Part shown: piece by piece, positions 27,556 to 37,106 of the stretch | Layout: each line of letters opens with the position of its first letter | Numbering within the stretch: position 1 is the stretch's first letter | Virus record (IMG/VR): IMGVR_UViG_2908446538_000001 | Coordinates: 9,053-73,052 of that record | DNA from: a virus | Lineage: Duplodnaviria; Caudoviricetes | Direction: 5' to 3' (one strand) | Length of the DNA: 64,000 nt | Made by a program: the position numbers and the translations under genes | The notes under the pieces: generated by a model | What the model saw: only the letters and a program-made list of their open reading frames with translations | What the model was told of the DNA's origin: nothing | Database searches by the model: none

Positions 27556-28203
27556 ATGCAAATGCCCAACGGCGCCACCCTTGAGATCGCGTCAATCTAC
27601 GGCACGCCGATCCCATTCACCGCCCTGACCAACGCCAATCCAGCCGTCGCAACGGCTGCGGCGCACGGTCTGGCCGAGGGCGACATCATTGCCGTGAATT
27701 CTGGCTGGACCCGCCTCGATGGTCGCGGCGTTCGAGTTGGGACTATTGCCAGCGGCACGTTCGCGCTGGAGAACATCAATACGACCAGCATCCAGCAGTA
27801 TCCCGCGGGCTCGGGGATTGGTTCCGTTCGCGAGGTGACAGCCTTCACCGAGATCTCGCAGATTACTGAGATGAATTCCAGTGGTGGTGATCAGCAGTTC
27901 CTGACCTTCGGCTTCCTGGCCGACGATGATGATCGCCAGATGCCGACCACAAAAAACCCGATCACGCTGACCTTCACGGTCGCTGATGATCCTTCCAAGC
28001 CTTACGTGGCGGTGTGTGAAGCTGCTGACGACGACAAGCAGGCTCGTTTGCTTCGCCTGAACCTGCCGGGCGGCAGCAGCATCATCTACAACGGCTATGT
28101 GTCGATCACGTCGACCCCGACCATGTCCCGCAACAACCTGATGACCCGTGTGATCAGCCTGGCGCTGACCGGTCGCCCAGCCCGTTACGCGGCTGCGGTG
28201 TAA
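27556..28203 (+). CDS. Major tail tube protein
   Basis: MPNGATLEIA...TNANPAVATA; Phage_tail_3-like. Confidence 0.88.
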   Translation: MQMPNGATLEIASIYGTPIPFTALTNANPAVATAAAHGLAEGDIIAVNSGWTRLDGRGVRVGTIASGTFALENINTTSIQQYPAGSGIGSVREVTAFTEISQITEMNSSGGDQQFLTFGFLADDDDRQMPTTKNPITLTFTVADDPSKPYVAVCEAADDDKQARLLRLNLPGGSSIIYNGYVSITSTPTMSRNNLMTRVISLALTGRPARYAAAV

Positions 28204-28206
28204 CCC

Positions 28207-28587
28207 ATGGCCAAGTTCAAGTTGATCCAGAAACCGACCTTCAAGGCACCGGTGATGATCCAGCGCGCCGGCTACAACGCCGAAAAGGTGGAGTTCGAGT
28301 TTAAGTACTTGGACCGCACTGCGCTCGCCGAGCTGTACACCGGCTGGAACGAGCGGCACGACGAACTGGGCAAGCAGGTCGGCGACATGGACCTTAAAGC
28401 TTTCACTGCCGCCCAGATCGCCCTGCAAGCCGACCAACTGCTGGATGTGGTTGTCGGCTGGGATATCGAAGAGGAATTCACGCCTGAAAACGTGCGCATC
28501 CTCGTTAATTCGATCAACTCGGCGCCGAAGGCAGTGTTGAACGCTTACGCCGAAGCCTTCAGCGAAGCACGCCTGGGAAACTCCTAA
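28207..28587 (+). CDS. Tail assembly chaperone (G analogue)
   Basis: Follows tube; ends just after a G GGA AAC slippery site. Confidence 0.88.
   Translation: MAKFKLIQKPTFKAPVMIQRAGYNAEKVEFEFKYLDRTALAELYTGWNERHDELGKQVGDMDLKAFTAAQIALQADQLLDVVVGWDIEEEFTPENVRILVNSINSAPKAVLNAYAEAFSEARLGNS
28575..28581 (+). other. -1 ribosomal frameshift heptamer G GGA AAC (G/GT)
   Basis: X XXY YYZ in frame; -1 frame is open into the 28635-28913 ORF. Confidence 0.85.
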
Positions 28588-28913
28588 GCGCCTCCCGCGC
28601 GCTGTATGAGCCAGGGCCGTCAGATGCAGATCTGATGGCCTTCGGTTTATCGCGCCAGGACATCCCCGACAAGGAAGTCGGCATCTGGCCAGACAACTGG
28701 GACGCCTTCAAAGTCTTCGAGGCCATGAGTACCCAGTGGCGCACGGGCGCGTGCGGCGCAACAGGCATGGACTACAGCGTTCTCTCCGGTGTGATTCGGA
28801 TGTGTGGCGTACCGATCAGCCAGCGACAAACCATTTTCAGCGACTTCCGGCGGATGGAGACCGAAGCCCTGCAGGTGATGGCGGAGCAGAGGGAAAGTGC
28901 GAGGGGAGCCTGA
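28575..28913 (+). CDS. Frameshift extension (T analogue, DUF1799-like)
   Basis: IWPDNWDAF.VF..MSTQWR.G..G.TG.DY motif in the -1 frame. Confidence 0.85.
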   Translation, partial: GKLLSASRALYEPGPSDADLMAFGLSRQDIPDKEVGIWPDNWDAFKVFEAMSTQWRTGACGATGMDYSVLSGVIRMCGVPISQRQTIFSDFRRMETEALQVMAEQRESARGA

Positions 28914-28972
28914 TCCTCAGGCACAAAGACGCAAAACAACCAACATGACGCGGCATGGCCGCAGGAGTGGGT

Positions 28973-29179
28973 ATGCAAAAGAGTGATCAGTTCAGCCCGG
29001 TAATCGCTTGGCGCTCAATGCTGGGGAGCAAGCCCAATCGCGAGCCAGTCGAAGTTGATGTCCAAGATGGGCGCGCCGAGTACTTGCTCAGCGGCCCGTA
29101 TAATCTTTCTGAGGGCGGCAAAATCGAAGTTGTTGGTGGCAAGCTTCTTTTTACAGGCAGCAGAACGAAGATCAGTTGA
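28973..29179 (+). CDS. Small hypothetical protein
   Basis: AGGAG RBS; converges on next gene. Confidence 0.5.
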   Translation: MQKSDQFSPVIAWRSMLGSKPNREPVEVDVQDGRAEYLLSGPYNLSEGGKIEVVGGKLLFTGSRTKIS

Positions 29180-29426
29180 TGTGATGGAAGACCCTGGCGA
29201 ACGTGCCGTCACCTGAGTAGTTCAGATCACCAGCCAAGATCAGCGCATACCCTGGCCCAACGTTTTTGAGTGATTCGGAGATAGTCTCAAAATCAAACTC
29301 CGACAAAAAGGTAATGACGCCACACCCCACTTCAAAACCTTTGTGGGCGAATAATTCCACTACAGGAATGTATTCATTTTTCGACGTGACGATGATGTAG
29401 GGGAAGATGGTTTGTGCTTCGCTCAC
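29172..29426 (-). CDS. Small AT-rich moron protein
   Basis: GGAGG RBS, GTG start, low GC. Confidence 0.6.
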   Translation of the reverse strand: MSEAQTIFPYIIVTSKNEYIPVVELFAHKGFEVGCGVITFLSEFDFETISESLKNVGPGYALILAGDLNYSGDGTFARVFHHIN

Positions 29427-29506
29427 ATTGACCTCCAGGTCATAAACGCGCCGATATTGGCGCTATCCCAGTCCTTGGGCTTGCAGGCGTAGGACTGGGA
29501 AATCCT

Positions 29507-29890
29507 TTAATCGAGCATTTCCCGGCGCATCATGGCCTGGAACTTCTCCCGCTCGATTCTGCCGAGAGCCTCCGCCACTTCGAGTATCTGAGGGCCGAAA
29601 CTGTCTTCATCTTCGGTGCCGGCGGCTGCCTTGGCTTTGCTCATGAGCAAATCGAGGGCGCGGCTGTGCTTGGCGCTTTCCATGCTGAGCCTGGCTATTT
29701 CCCTGTCCAGTTCATCAGCCTTTGCCACCTCAACCTCGTCAAGGGTTCGAGGGGAGAAGCTTTCCTCAAGGCGAGCTGTGATTTCAGCGTTGAGGCTGCG
29801 CTTGGTCTTTCGAGCAGACTCTTCAAGCTTCTCCCGGAGTGGTAGCGGCATCCGCAGCGGGTAGGCGGTTGGCTGAATCTTCTCGCTCAT
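29507..29890 (-). CDS. Arc/Mnt-family ribbon-helix-helix repressor (mnt-like)
   Basis: YPLRMPLPLREKLEESARKTKRSLNAEITARLEESF. Confidence 0.88.
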   Translation of the reverse strand: MSEKIQPTAYPLRMPLPLREKLEESARKTKRSLNAEITARLEESFSPRTLDEVEVAKADELDREIARLSMESAKHSRALDLLMSKAKAAAGTEDEDSFGPQILEVAEALGRIEREKFQAMMRREMLD

Positions 29891-29958
29891 CTTTGTCCTA
29901 GGGGTGAAGGTGTATATGGAGTATGCAAATAGATTTGTTTTGAGATCAAAGAATCTAT

Positions 29959-29987
29959 TTGACGCCACTGATATCTTGATATCTAAT
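29959..29987 (+). promoter_or_regulatory. Pant-like promoter driving arc-ant
   Basis: TTGACG-17-TCTAAT; flanked by AATAGATT/AATCTATT inverted repeats. Confidence 0.65.
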
Positions 29988-30012
29988 AGATTCACACCAC
30001 AAGGAGCCAGCC

Positions 30013-30189
30013 ATGGCAGCGAAGACACCAATCAGTCCATACCCACTGCGCCTGCGGCCGCACGTGAAAGAGGCTGCGAAAGCGCAGTCGGAGCTCTACC
30101 GACGCAGCCTGAATACCGAAATTGAAATGCTTATTGAGGAGGGGCTGAAATGGCGGGAGATGCAGCAGAGCAGGCAGGCGGTAGCCTGA
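30013..30189 (+). CDS. Arc-like repressor (58 aa, not in ORF track)
   Basis: MAAKTPISPYPLRLRPHVKEAAKAQSELYRRSLNTEIEMLIEEGL; AAGGAG RBS. Confidence 0.85.
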   Translation: MAAKTPISPYPLRLRPHVKEAAKAQSELYRRSLNTEIEMLIEEGLKWREMQQSRQAVA

Positions 30190-30259
30190 AACGAAGAAGC
30201 CCCGGCGTGCAGGCCAGAGCTTCAGATAACGAAATCAACTTCGGAGAAGAAAACGTCAT
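30190..30259 (-). ncRNA. Candidate sar-like antisense RNA against the ant ribosome-binding site
   Basis: Extended -10 TGCTAATAT at 30273-30265 on minus strand; hairpin GAAGC..GCTTC + TTCGTTT terminator at 30223-30190. Confidence 0.5.
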
Positions 30260-31130
30260 GAGCGATATTAGCACAGCTGTATCCAATGTCATCCCCTTCA
30301 AGTTCGGCAAACAACAGGTCCGCACGCTGCTGATCGACGATCAACCTTGGTTCGTGGCCAACGATGTTTCTGCTGCGCTTCAGTACGGCGAAGCGTCGGC
30401 GATGACTCGCAATCTGGACGACGACGAAAAGGGTCTGTCTATTGTGCAGACCCTTGGCGGTGATCAGGAGATGCTGGTCATAAACGAATCCGGCCTTTAC
30501 TCGGCGATCCTGCGCAGTCGCAAGGCCGAAGCCAAGCGCTTTAAGAAGTGGGTCACTGCTGAGGTTCTTCCGGCGATCCGCAAGCACGGTCGATATGAGG
30601 ACCAGGGCAAGATGGCTACACTCATGGACGAGCTTATCGGCATGAGCGAGCTGAATGTCATCAAAGGCTTGATCCGCGACAAGTCTAAGGCTGTTTCAGC
30701 TGATCAGCGCCAAGGTTTTCAGCTGGTGATGCACAATCGCCTGCACACCCGCTTCAATGTTCCACGCACTGAGCTGATCCCTGCTGACCAATTCGATCAA
30801 GCCTGCAACTTCATTGGCAGCTATGCACTTGAAGGCGAGTACCTGCCCAAGACAGAGCTGGTCAGCAATACGAATGCACTGTCGGACAAAGAGCTCTACA
30901 ACGTATTTTTCCTGATGCACCACTTCTTGGCGCTGAAGAGGGTTTACGACGAGTACCAGCTTTATAGCGCGCTCAGCATGCTCGGCTCTCAGGCTGGCGC
31001 TGACATGATTGACCACTTCCGCGACCCGATGGTGGCCGTTTCCACTCTGAAGCAACGACTCCCGGACATGGAGGCAGCAGCAGTTCGTATGGGGATGGAG
31101 CCTGGTTTTGTGATGAGGATGGCGGCATGA
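30258..31130 (+). CDS. BRO-N antirepressor (ant)
   Basis: PWFVANDV...INESGLYSAILRSRKAEAKRFKKWVTAEVLPAIRKHG. Confidence 0.92.
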   Translation: MSDISTAVSNVIPFKFGKQQVRTLLIDDQPWFVANDVSAALQYGEASAMTRNLDDDEKGLSIVQTLGGDQEMLVINESGLYSAILRSRKAEAKRFKKWVTAEVLPAIRKHGRYEDQGKMATLMDELIGMSELNVIKGLIRDKSKAVSADQRQGFQLVMHNRLHTRFNVPRTELIPADQFDQACNFIGSYALEGEYLPKTELVSNTNALSDKELYNVFFLMHHFLALKRVYDEYQLYSALSMLGSQAGADMIDHFRDPMVAVSTLKQRLPDMEAAAVRMGMEPGFVMRMAA

Positions 31131-31345
31131 ACTTCACACTCAAAGCTGGCGGTCGCGCTCTGATCCTTTCCCCGGAGCTGCCAAATCTGGTCGGCCGCTC
31201 TGGCCAGCTGATTCGCAAGGTCGACGAAAATTGGCTGATGCTGGTCGAGGGCAAGCGCTACTCGGTCAGCGAGAAAAGTCTGATGCCTCTGGACGGCTTC
31301 AATCCTGGCGCTCCAAGCGCAATGTGTGCGGAGGTGGCGGCATGA
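31127..31345 (+). CDS. Small hypothetical protein
   Basis: ATGA-coupled to ant and to KilA-N gene. Confidence 0.65.
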   Translation: MNFTLKAGGRALILSPELPNLVGRSGQLIRKVDENWLMLVEGKRYSVSEKSLMPLDGFNPGAPSAMCAEVAA

Positions 31346-31854
31346 ATACAGGAATTATTCCGTTCCACTACGAGGGGCAGGCCGTCAGCTTCAATAGTGA
31401 CGGCTGGATAAATGCCACTGAAGTGGCGGCGCGTTACGGGAAGAAGCCAATCAAGTGGCTAGAGCTGGCCAGCACGAAAAACTACATGGCGGCGCTTTCT
31501 CGGCACCTCGGGTTTGATGTCCGCAATTCGGACTTCAAAATGGTCGAGGCGTCCCGGGTTCGTGGTCGCGCCGGTACTTGGCTGCATCCAAAGCTTGCGG
31601 TTGCGTTTGCCCGATGGCTGGATGACGACTTTGCGGTCTGGGCTGACCTTCATATTGATGCGCTCCTGCGTGGCGAACTCAACGAAAAGCAACAATTTGA
31701 CCGGGCATGCAAGGCCCTGAACGACGCTCAGAGCATTGCCAGCCTCAGCGGAAAAGAGCTTTCAAAGTTTCGGTGGAAAAAACCGAAGCTTGTGCACGAC
31801 GTTGATTACTGGCGAGACCAATTGCAGCTCACGCTCGGCCTCGACGCCGCATAG
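31342..31854 (+). CDS. KilA-N domain protein
   Basis: DGWINATEVAARYGKKP..WL...GTWLHPKLAVAFARWL. Confidence 0.9.
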   Translation: MNTGIIPFHYEGQAVSFNSDGWINATEVAARYGKKPIKWLELASTKNYMAALSRHLGFDVRNSDFKMVEASRVRGRAGTWLHPKLAVAFARWLDDDFAVWADLHIDALLRGELNEKQQFDRACKALNDAQSIASLSGKELSKFRWKKPKLVHDVDYWRDQLQLTLGLDAA

Positions 31855-31949
31855 CCTCCCGCGAACCCGAAGAACCCCGCACATGCGGGGCTTTCGTGTT
31901 GCTCCCTTGTTGGTGATAAAGTCCCGCGATATCTCAACGAGGGAACGAT

Positions 31950-32438
31950 ATGAAAATGTTCGTGGGGGCTTTGGCGCTCGTAGCGCTGGCAGGGTGTGGT
32001 GACCAAGGGCCTTGGGATGGGCCTGTTGGCACTAAAATGGGGGTTACAACTTCTCAGCTGGAGAAATATGTCGCCCTGTCAAAAGATGGGGGCGCCGATC
32101 CCCTGGGGCGAACGACCTACTTTTCTCCGCAAGCGCCAAAAAACGAGGCAGGCGCTGATAGGTATTCATATTTAATCGGTGGAAAATCTGGGTTGTGCGA
32201 GGTCGGCCAGTGGTTTCAGAGCATTAACTCTACAAACTCCGACGTTGCAAAGTCGCTTGCAGATAAGTACGGGGCGCCAAACAAGGAGGCTGCGCCAAGC
32301 TGGGGCGTGTCATGGACGGCTGGCGAACATAAGCTTGACCATGACCTTGAGTCCATCAGGATCAAGTTCAGCGGTGAAGAACCCCGTATCTCTGCCTATG
32401 TGAAATACACGTACAAGAACCTGAAAGACTGCAAATAA
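31950..32438 (+). CDS. Lipoprotein moron (superinfection-exclusion candidate)
   Basis: Lipobox LAGC after hydrophobic signal; flanked by terminators. Confidence 0.75.
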   Translation: MKMFVGALALVALAGCGDQGPWDGPVGTKMGVTTSQLEKYVALSKDGGADPLGRTTYFSPQAPKNEAGADRYSYLIGGKSGLCEVGQWFQSINSTNSDVAKSLADKYGAPNKEAAPSWGVSWTAGEHKLDHDLESIRIKFSGEEPRISAYVKYTYKNLKDCK

Positions 32439-32495
32439 ATCTAATTCTGCAAAGAGCCCGCCTAGAGCGGGTTTTTTATTGCCCGGAGAAAACTG

Positions 32496-35400
32496 ATGAG
32501 CACGAACTTCGCCTCGCTGGGCATTTCTGTCGAGTCTTCGCAGGCTGCAAAGGCTGCTGACGATCTGGACAAGTTGGTTGATTCGGCAGTTGATGCCGAG
32601 AAGGCGATTGATGACCTTGGCAAAACTGGCGAAGGATTGGCCAATACCGGAAAGAAGATCACTCAGGCAGAAAATGAGGTAGCCCAGGGTGTCGAGAAGT
32701 CTACGGCCGCGATAGACCGCAAATCTGGTGCAAGCCGCAAAGCAGCCGACAGCGCTGTGGCTGAGATCAACGTGATCGCCCAGCTTGATCGGGCCATGAC
32801 CGGCAATATCACCAGTATGGAATCCCTGATGCAGGCTGAGGGCCTGCTTGAGCGCGCCAAGAAAGGCGGATTGGTCACGGCTGAGGAGCAGATCAAGTAT
32901 CAGGAGCAGTTGGGCAAAGCGTTCGACAAAATAGAGAAGGCGGAAGCCAAGGAAACAGCCCAAAAGCAGCGCCTGATTGACGCAGAAAACCGACAGATTG
33001 AGGCGCTGAAACGCACCGTCAATGGAATTGACCCGGTAACCGCAAAGCTGGCAAAGCTTGAGGCGCAGGAGAAGGCAGCGCACGAAGCGTTCCGTGTTGG
33101 AGCAATTGATGTCGAGGCCTACAACGCCGCCCTGGCGAAGGTCGGAAAAGATCGAGCGGGCGTTACCGAAGTAGGCGGAGCCTTCGACAAGCTGAAGCTC
33201 GGCACTCGGCAAGCCCAAGAAAATGTCATGCAGCTCAGCAATGCCATTCAGTCGGGCGATTGGGGCAGTGGAGCGCGGGCAATTGCGCAGTTAGGCGCCG
33301 GCGCAGGCGAGTCGGCGGGGCGAATGATTTCCTTGGCTGCCCCTGTTGCTCTGGTGACTGCTGCCATCGGCACACTAGCAGCTGCCTACTTGCAGGGCGT
33401 TGATAGAGCAGAAAAATTCAACAACGCGCTTATTGTTAGTGGTGGGGCTGCGGGCAAGACAACTGCGCAGTTAACTGCAATGTCGCTAGCGCTTGGGAAG
33501 GGGGGCAACCTCACTCAGGCGTCAGAGGCTCTTCTCGCAGTCGCAAGTTCTGGAGAACTCACAGGCAGTACTTTTGATTCCGTTGCGCGCGCCGCCACCG
33601 AGCTTTCGGTGGCCACAGGGCGGAGCTCTGGGGAAATCGCCAAGCAGATGGTCGGCAGTAAGGGGGACGTTGCTGCACTCGCAGCTGAGTACAACCGCCA
33701 ATACCACTTCATGAGCAGCGAAACTTACTCGCACATCAAGGTTCTGCAGGAGCAGGGCGATGAAATGGGGGCGTTGGAGCTTCTCACTACTCAGCTTGCC
33801 GACTCAATGGCTAAACGGAACAAGGATATTGAGGACTCGGCTCGCGGTGTCGTCGGTGCGTGGCGCGATGCGAAGAAAGCGTTCAGTGACTACTGGGGGG
33901 AGTTTACGAGCCGTGCAGGCGCAGATAAGGATACGTTTACTCTGCAAGTTAAGCAGGGACAGCTCGAAGACGTTAAGGCCCTGCCTGAAAGCAATCTCCG
34001 AACAAAAGCAATTGCGAACCTTGAGCAAGAGATATCGCTCATCCAGCAGCGTATCGGCGCAAAGCAGAAAGACGCCGAGCAGGATGCCAAGACTGACGAA
34101 AAAACTCAGAAAGGCATTGATGCGGAGCGTGACCTTGAAGTTATTCGCAAGGCTGCCTACACAAACAAGCAAAAGCGAGACAAGGAAGAGGAAAAGTATC
34201 TTCAGAAGATCGCTGACCTGCGCGAGGCGAACCCAAAAAGCCCGCTGCTCGATCAGAAACTGATTGAGCGAGACCTGGACAATATCCGCAACAAGTACAA
34301 AGACCCGAAGGCAGCCTCAACCCAAGTCGATCTGACCAGCTTCAACAACGCCAAGAACAACCTCTCCGATATAGTCAATGAATACCGGAACGCCCAGAAG
34401 GAACTGGAGGCCCAGCAGAAAGCCGGCGTGGTATCGCTCTCGGACTATGCGAAGCAGCGTTCGGCACTGATCAATCAGGAAAAGGACGATGTCACCGCGG
34501 CGTACCAGGCCGAGATTGATGCACTGGAAGCGGCCAAGGCCAAGAAAGGCACGACGGCGGCCCAGAGCATCCAGCTCGACCAGAAGATCGCCGATGCTCG
34601 CACTGGAATGGTCAAAGCGCAAAAGGACGCCGACAGTCAACTGACGATCATCGCCACAAGCGAGAAGGGCCGACTTGAGCAGCTGACGGCCGCCTCAGAG
34701 GCGTACGTCAACCAGTTGGAACGCCAGCGGGCCGCACTGGAAGCCGCTGGCTCCCGCGCAGCAAACGGGCTGGGCCTGGGAGACCGGCAAGCGGCACTGC
34801 AAGCGAGCCTCGACGCAACCACGGACAAGTTCAACGACGAGCGGGCCAAGCTGCTGGATCGCCGCAAGACCGCGCCTGACAAGTACAGCCAGGAAGACTA
34901 CATGCGCGACCTGGCCAGTCTTGAGGATGCGGAAAGGAAGTACCGCGACACTGTGGTCGACAACTACGACAAGATGTCGGAGGCCCAGGGTGATTGGCGT
35001 AGCGGGGCCTCATCGGCTTTCCAGAACTATCTGCAGTCTGCCAACGATGTGGCTGGCCAGACCAAGAGCCTGTTCACGAATGCTTTTTCCAGCATGGAAG
35101 ACGCGGTCGCGAATTTTGCTGTAACCGGCAAATTGTCGTTCTCCGATTTCACCAAATCGATCATCGCCGATATGGCGCGGATCGCGACTCGACAAGCTGC
35201 CTCTGGTTTGCTTTCGAGCATCGCCGGAAGTGCGCTTGGGGCGTACTTCGGTGGCGGTGCGGGTGCTGGCGCTACCAGCTTCGGGTCAGACATTGGTGGT
35301 GCAATCACTGCCAATGCCAAGGGCGGTGTGTACGACTCGCCAAGCTTGTCCAGCTTCAGCAACCAGGTGCACGACAAGCCGCAGATGTTCGCCTTCGCGA

Positions 35401-35714
35401 AGGGCGCGGGCATCTTCGCCGAAGCCGGGCCGGAGGCGATCATGCCGCTGACCAGGACGGCTGGCGGTGAGCTTGGGGTGCGGGCGCTGGGTGGCGGTGG
35501 GGGCGGGGCGGGCGGCGGGAATACCGACTCCAAGATGGAGGTCACCATCAACATCAATCGAGATGGATCTGGCGATGCGACTGCAGATACAGCAATGGGC
35601 CAGAAGCTGGCCCCTCAGTTCCTCGCCATGATCCGAGGTGAGATCGCAGCGAATGAACGCAGAACGTTGAGCCCCAGCGGGGGCGCAACGTGGAGAGCAA
35701 TCAACGGGAGATAA
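32496..35714 (+). CDS. Tail tape measure protein
   Basis: 1072 aa Ala/Gln-rich helical; lambda-type C-terminal ANAKGG...GIFAEAGPEAIMPL. Confidence 0.95.
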   Translation: MSTNFASLGISVESSQAAKAADDLDKLVDSAVDAEKAIDDLGKTGEGLANTGKKITQAENEVAQGVEKSTAAIDRKSGASRKAADSAVAEINVIAQLDRAMTGNITSMESLMQAEGLLERAKKGGLVTAEEQIKYQEQLGKAFDKIEKAEAKETAQKQRLIDAENRQIEALKRTVNGIDPVTAKLAKLEAQEKAAHEAFRVGAIDVEAYNAALAKVGKDRAGVTEVGGAFDKLKLGTRQAQENVMQLSNAIQSGDWGSGARAIAQLGAGAGESAGRMISLAAPVALVTAAIGTLAAAYLQGVDRAEKFNNALIVSGGAAGKTTAQLTAMSLALGKGGNLTQASEALLAVASSGELTGSTFDSVARAATELSVATGRSSGEIAKQMVGSKGDVAALAAEYNRQYHFMSSETYSHIKVLQEQGDEMGALELLTTQLADSMAKRNKDIEDSARGVVGAWRDAKKAFSDYWGEFTSRAGADKDTFTLQVKQGQLEDVKALPESNLRTKAIANLEQEISLIQQRIGAKQKDAEQDAKTDEKTQKGIDAERDLEVIRKAAYTNKQKRDKEEEKYLQKIADLREANPKSPLLDQKLIERDLDNIRNKYKDPKAASTQVDLTSFNNAKNNLSDIVNEYRNAQKELEAQQKAGVVSLSDYAKQRSALINQEKDDVTAAYQAEIDALEAAKAKKGTTAAQSIQLDQKIADARTGMVKAQKDADSQLTIIATSEKGRLEQLTAASEAYVNQLERQRAALEAAGSRAANGLGLGDRQAALQASLDATTDKFNDERAKLLDRRKTAPDKYSQEDYMRDLASLEDAERKYRDTVVDNYDKMSEAQGDWRSGASSAFQNYLQSANDVAGQTKSLFTNAFSSMEDAVANFAVTGKLSFSDFTKSIIADMARIATRQAASGLLSSIAGSALGAYFGGGAGAGATSFGSDIGGAITANAKGGVYDSPSLSSFSNQVHDKPQMFAFAKGAGIFAEAGPEAIMPLTRTAGGELGVRALGGGGGGAGGGNTDSKMEVTININRDGSGDATADTAMGQKLAPQFLAMIRGEIAANERRTLSPSGGATWRAINGR

Positions 35715-35734
35715 GAAGCGGAAATGATTCGCCG

Positions 35735-35956
35735 TTAAATTTCGGTCAGGGATGACCGGACCTTATCAATCACAAGTTGCTCAAGCTGGCGATAGGTCAA
35801 ATCTTTGGCGCCTTCATGCTCGAAAGTCACCCCGAAAGTGCCACCGGCCTGCCCCTCTGCCATCTCCAGCGAAATTTGTACCTTCCCGCCGATGCTGGTT
35901 TTCCCTGCGTCCGGGGTGTCTTCGTAGACGCTTACTTCTGCCAGTTTCATTTTCAT
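35735..35956 (-). CDS. Small antisense moron between tape measure and gpM
   Basis: 73 aa ORF with AAGGA RBS. Confidence 0.55.
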   Translation of the reverse strand: MKMKLAEVSVYEDTPDAGKTSIGGKVQISLEMAEGQAGGTFGVTFEHEGAKDLTYRQLEQLVIDKVRSSLTEI

Positions 35957-36005
35957 GTAATTACCCATTTCCTTGGTCAAAAAAACATTCTACCCCGGAG
36001 CCATC

Positions 36006-36344
36006 ATGGCGATCGAGACATTCACCTGGGCCACCCAGCACGGGGAGGCGCCCGATATTACCTATCGGGTGCGCACCTCGCAGTTCGGGGACGGCTACAA
36101 GCAAGAGGTCGGGGACGGGATCAACAACAAAGTCGATTCCTACCCGATCACCCACACGGGCGGACAGGCGAGAGCGCTGGAAATTATGGCGTTCTTCGAC
36201 CGTCATAAGGGTGCCAAAGCCTTTCTCTGGACAACCCCGCTTGGCCAGCTTGGCCTGTTCACCTGCAAAAACCCAACCCCTACGCCTATGGGCGGGGGAG
36301 TATTCAAATTGACGGCGACGTTCGAGCGCGCTTTCCACCCGTAA
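36006..36344 (+). CDS. Minor tail protein M (distal tail)
   Basis: FGDGY.QEVGDGINN...FFDRHKGAKAFLWTTP. Confidence 0.92.
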   Translation: MAIETFTWATQHGEAPDITYRVRTSQFGDGYKQEVGDGINNKVDSYPITHTGGQARALEIMAFFDRHKGAKAFLWTTPLGQLGLFTCKNPTPTPMGGGVFKLTATFERAFHP

Positions 36345-36354
36345 AGGTCAATCC

Positions 36355-37104
36355 ATGTCGCTGATCAACGCTATCCAGACTCTTGAGCCTGGCAATGAAG
36401 TCATGCTGTTCGAATTGGACGGCAGCGATTACGGCGCCGATGTTCTGCGCTTCCACGGGCACGCAATACCGCATACCCCTGCGGAACTGATCGCCGCCGG
36501 CGGTGACGCCGATCAGCTGCCGGCGAAGTCGATCTGGTGGAAGGGCGAAGAGTACGGCGCCTGGCCCATGCAGTACGAGGGCAGCGAGGCGAACGGCGAC
36601 GGCACTGCGGTAAGGCCCAAGCTGTCGGTCGGTAACGTGAACGGGCGCATCACCGCGCTGTGCCTGGCCTTCGAGGATCTGCTCGAGTTCAAACTGACAA
36701 TTCGCAACACGCTGGCCGAGTTTCTCGACGCGGTGAACTTCGAAGGCGGCAACCCCACGGCCGATCCCACTCAAGAATCGATCGAGGTCTGGTATGTAGA
36801 CCAGAAGGCCAACGAGGACGGCGAGACGGTCAGTTGGGACTTGGCCAGCCCGGGCGATGTCGGCGGCGAGACGATCGGCAGGCAGATGACCACGCTATGC
36901 CACTGGTGCCTCACCGGTGGCTACCGTGGCCCGAACTGTGGATACACCGGCCCATACGTCACCAAGGACGGCGTCGTCACCGACAACCCAGAACTGGACG
37001 TGTGCGACGCCACTCTGGGCAAGGGCTGTATTCCGCGTTTCGGCGAGGGCAATGCCTACCCGTTCGGCGGTTTTCCCGCCGTTTCCTTGATCGCTCGGAG
37101 CTGA
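36355..37104 (+). CDS. Minor tail protein L
   Basis: LCHWC...YRGPNCGYTG...DVC...LGKGC.PRFG...FGGFP Fe-S cysteines. Confidence 0.95.
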   Translation: MSLINAIQTLEPGNEVMLFELDGSDYGADVLRFHGHAIPHTPAELIAAGGDADQLPAKSIWWKGEEYGAWPMQYEGSEANGDGTAVRPKLSVGNVNGRITALCLAFEDLLEFKLTIRNTLAEFLDAVNFEGGNPTADPTQESIEVWYVDQKANEDGETVSWDLASPGDVGGETIGRQMTTLCHWCLTGGYRGPNCGYTGPYVTKDGVVTDNPELDVCDATLGKGCIPRFGEGNAYPFGGFPAVSLIARS

Positions 37105-37106
37105 CC

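Noticed and set aside
36660-37106. N-terminal 149 aa extension of gpK in the ORF track
   Set aside because: Overlaps gpL out of frame; the real start is MRKHII at 37107
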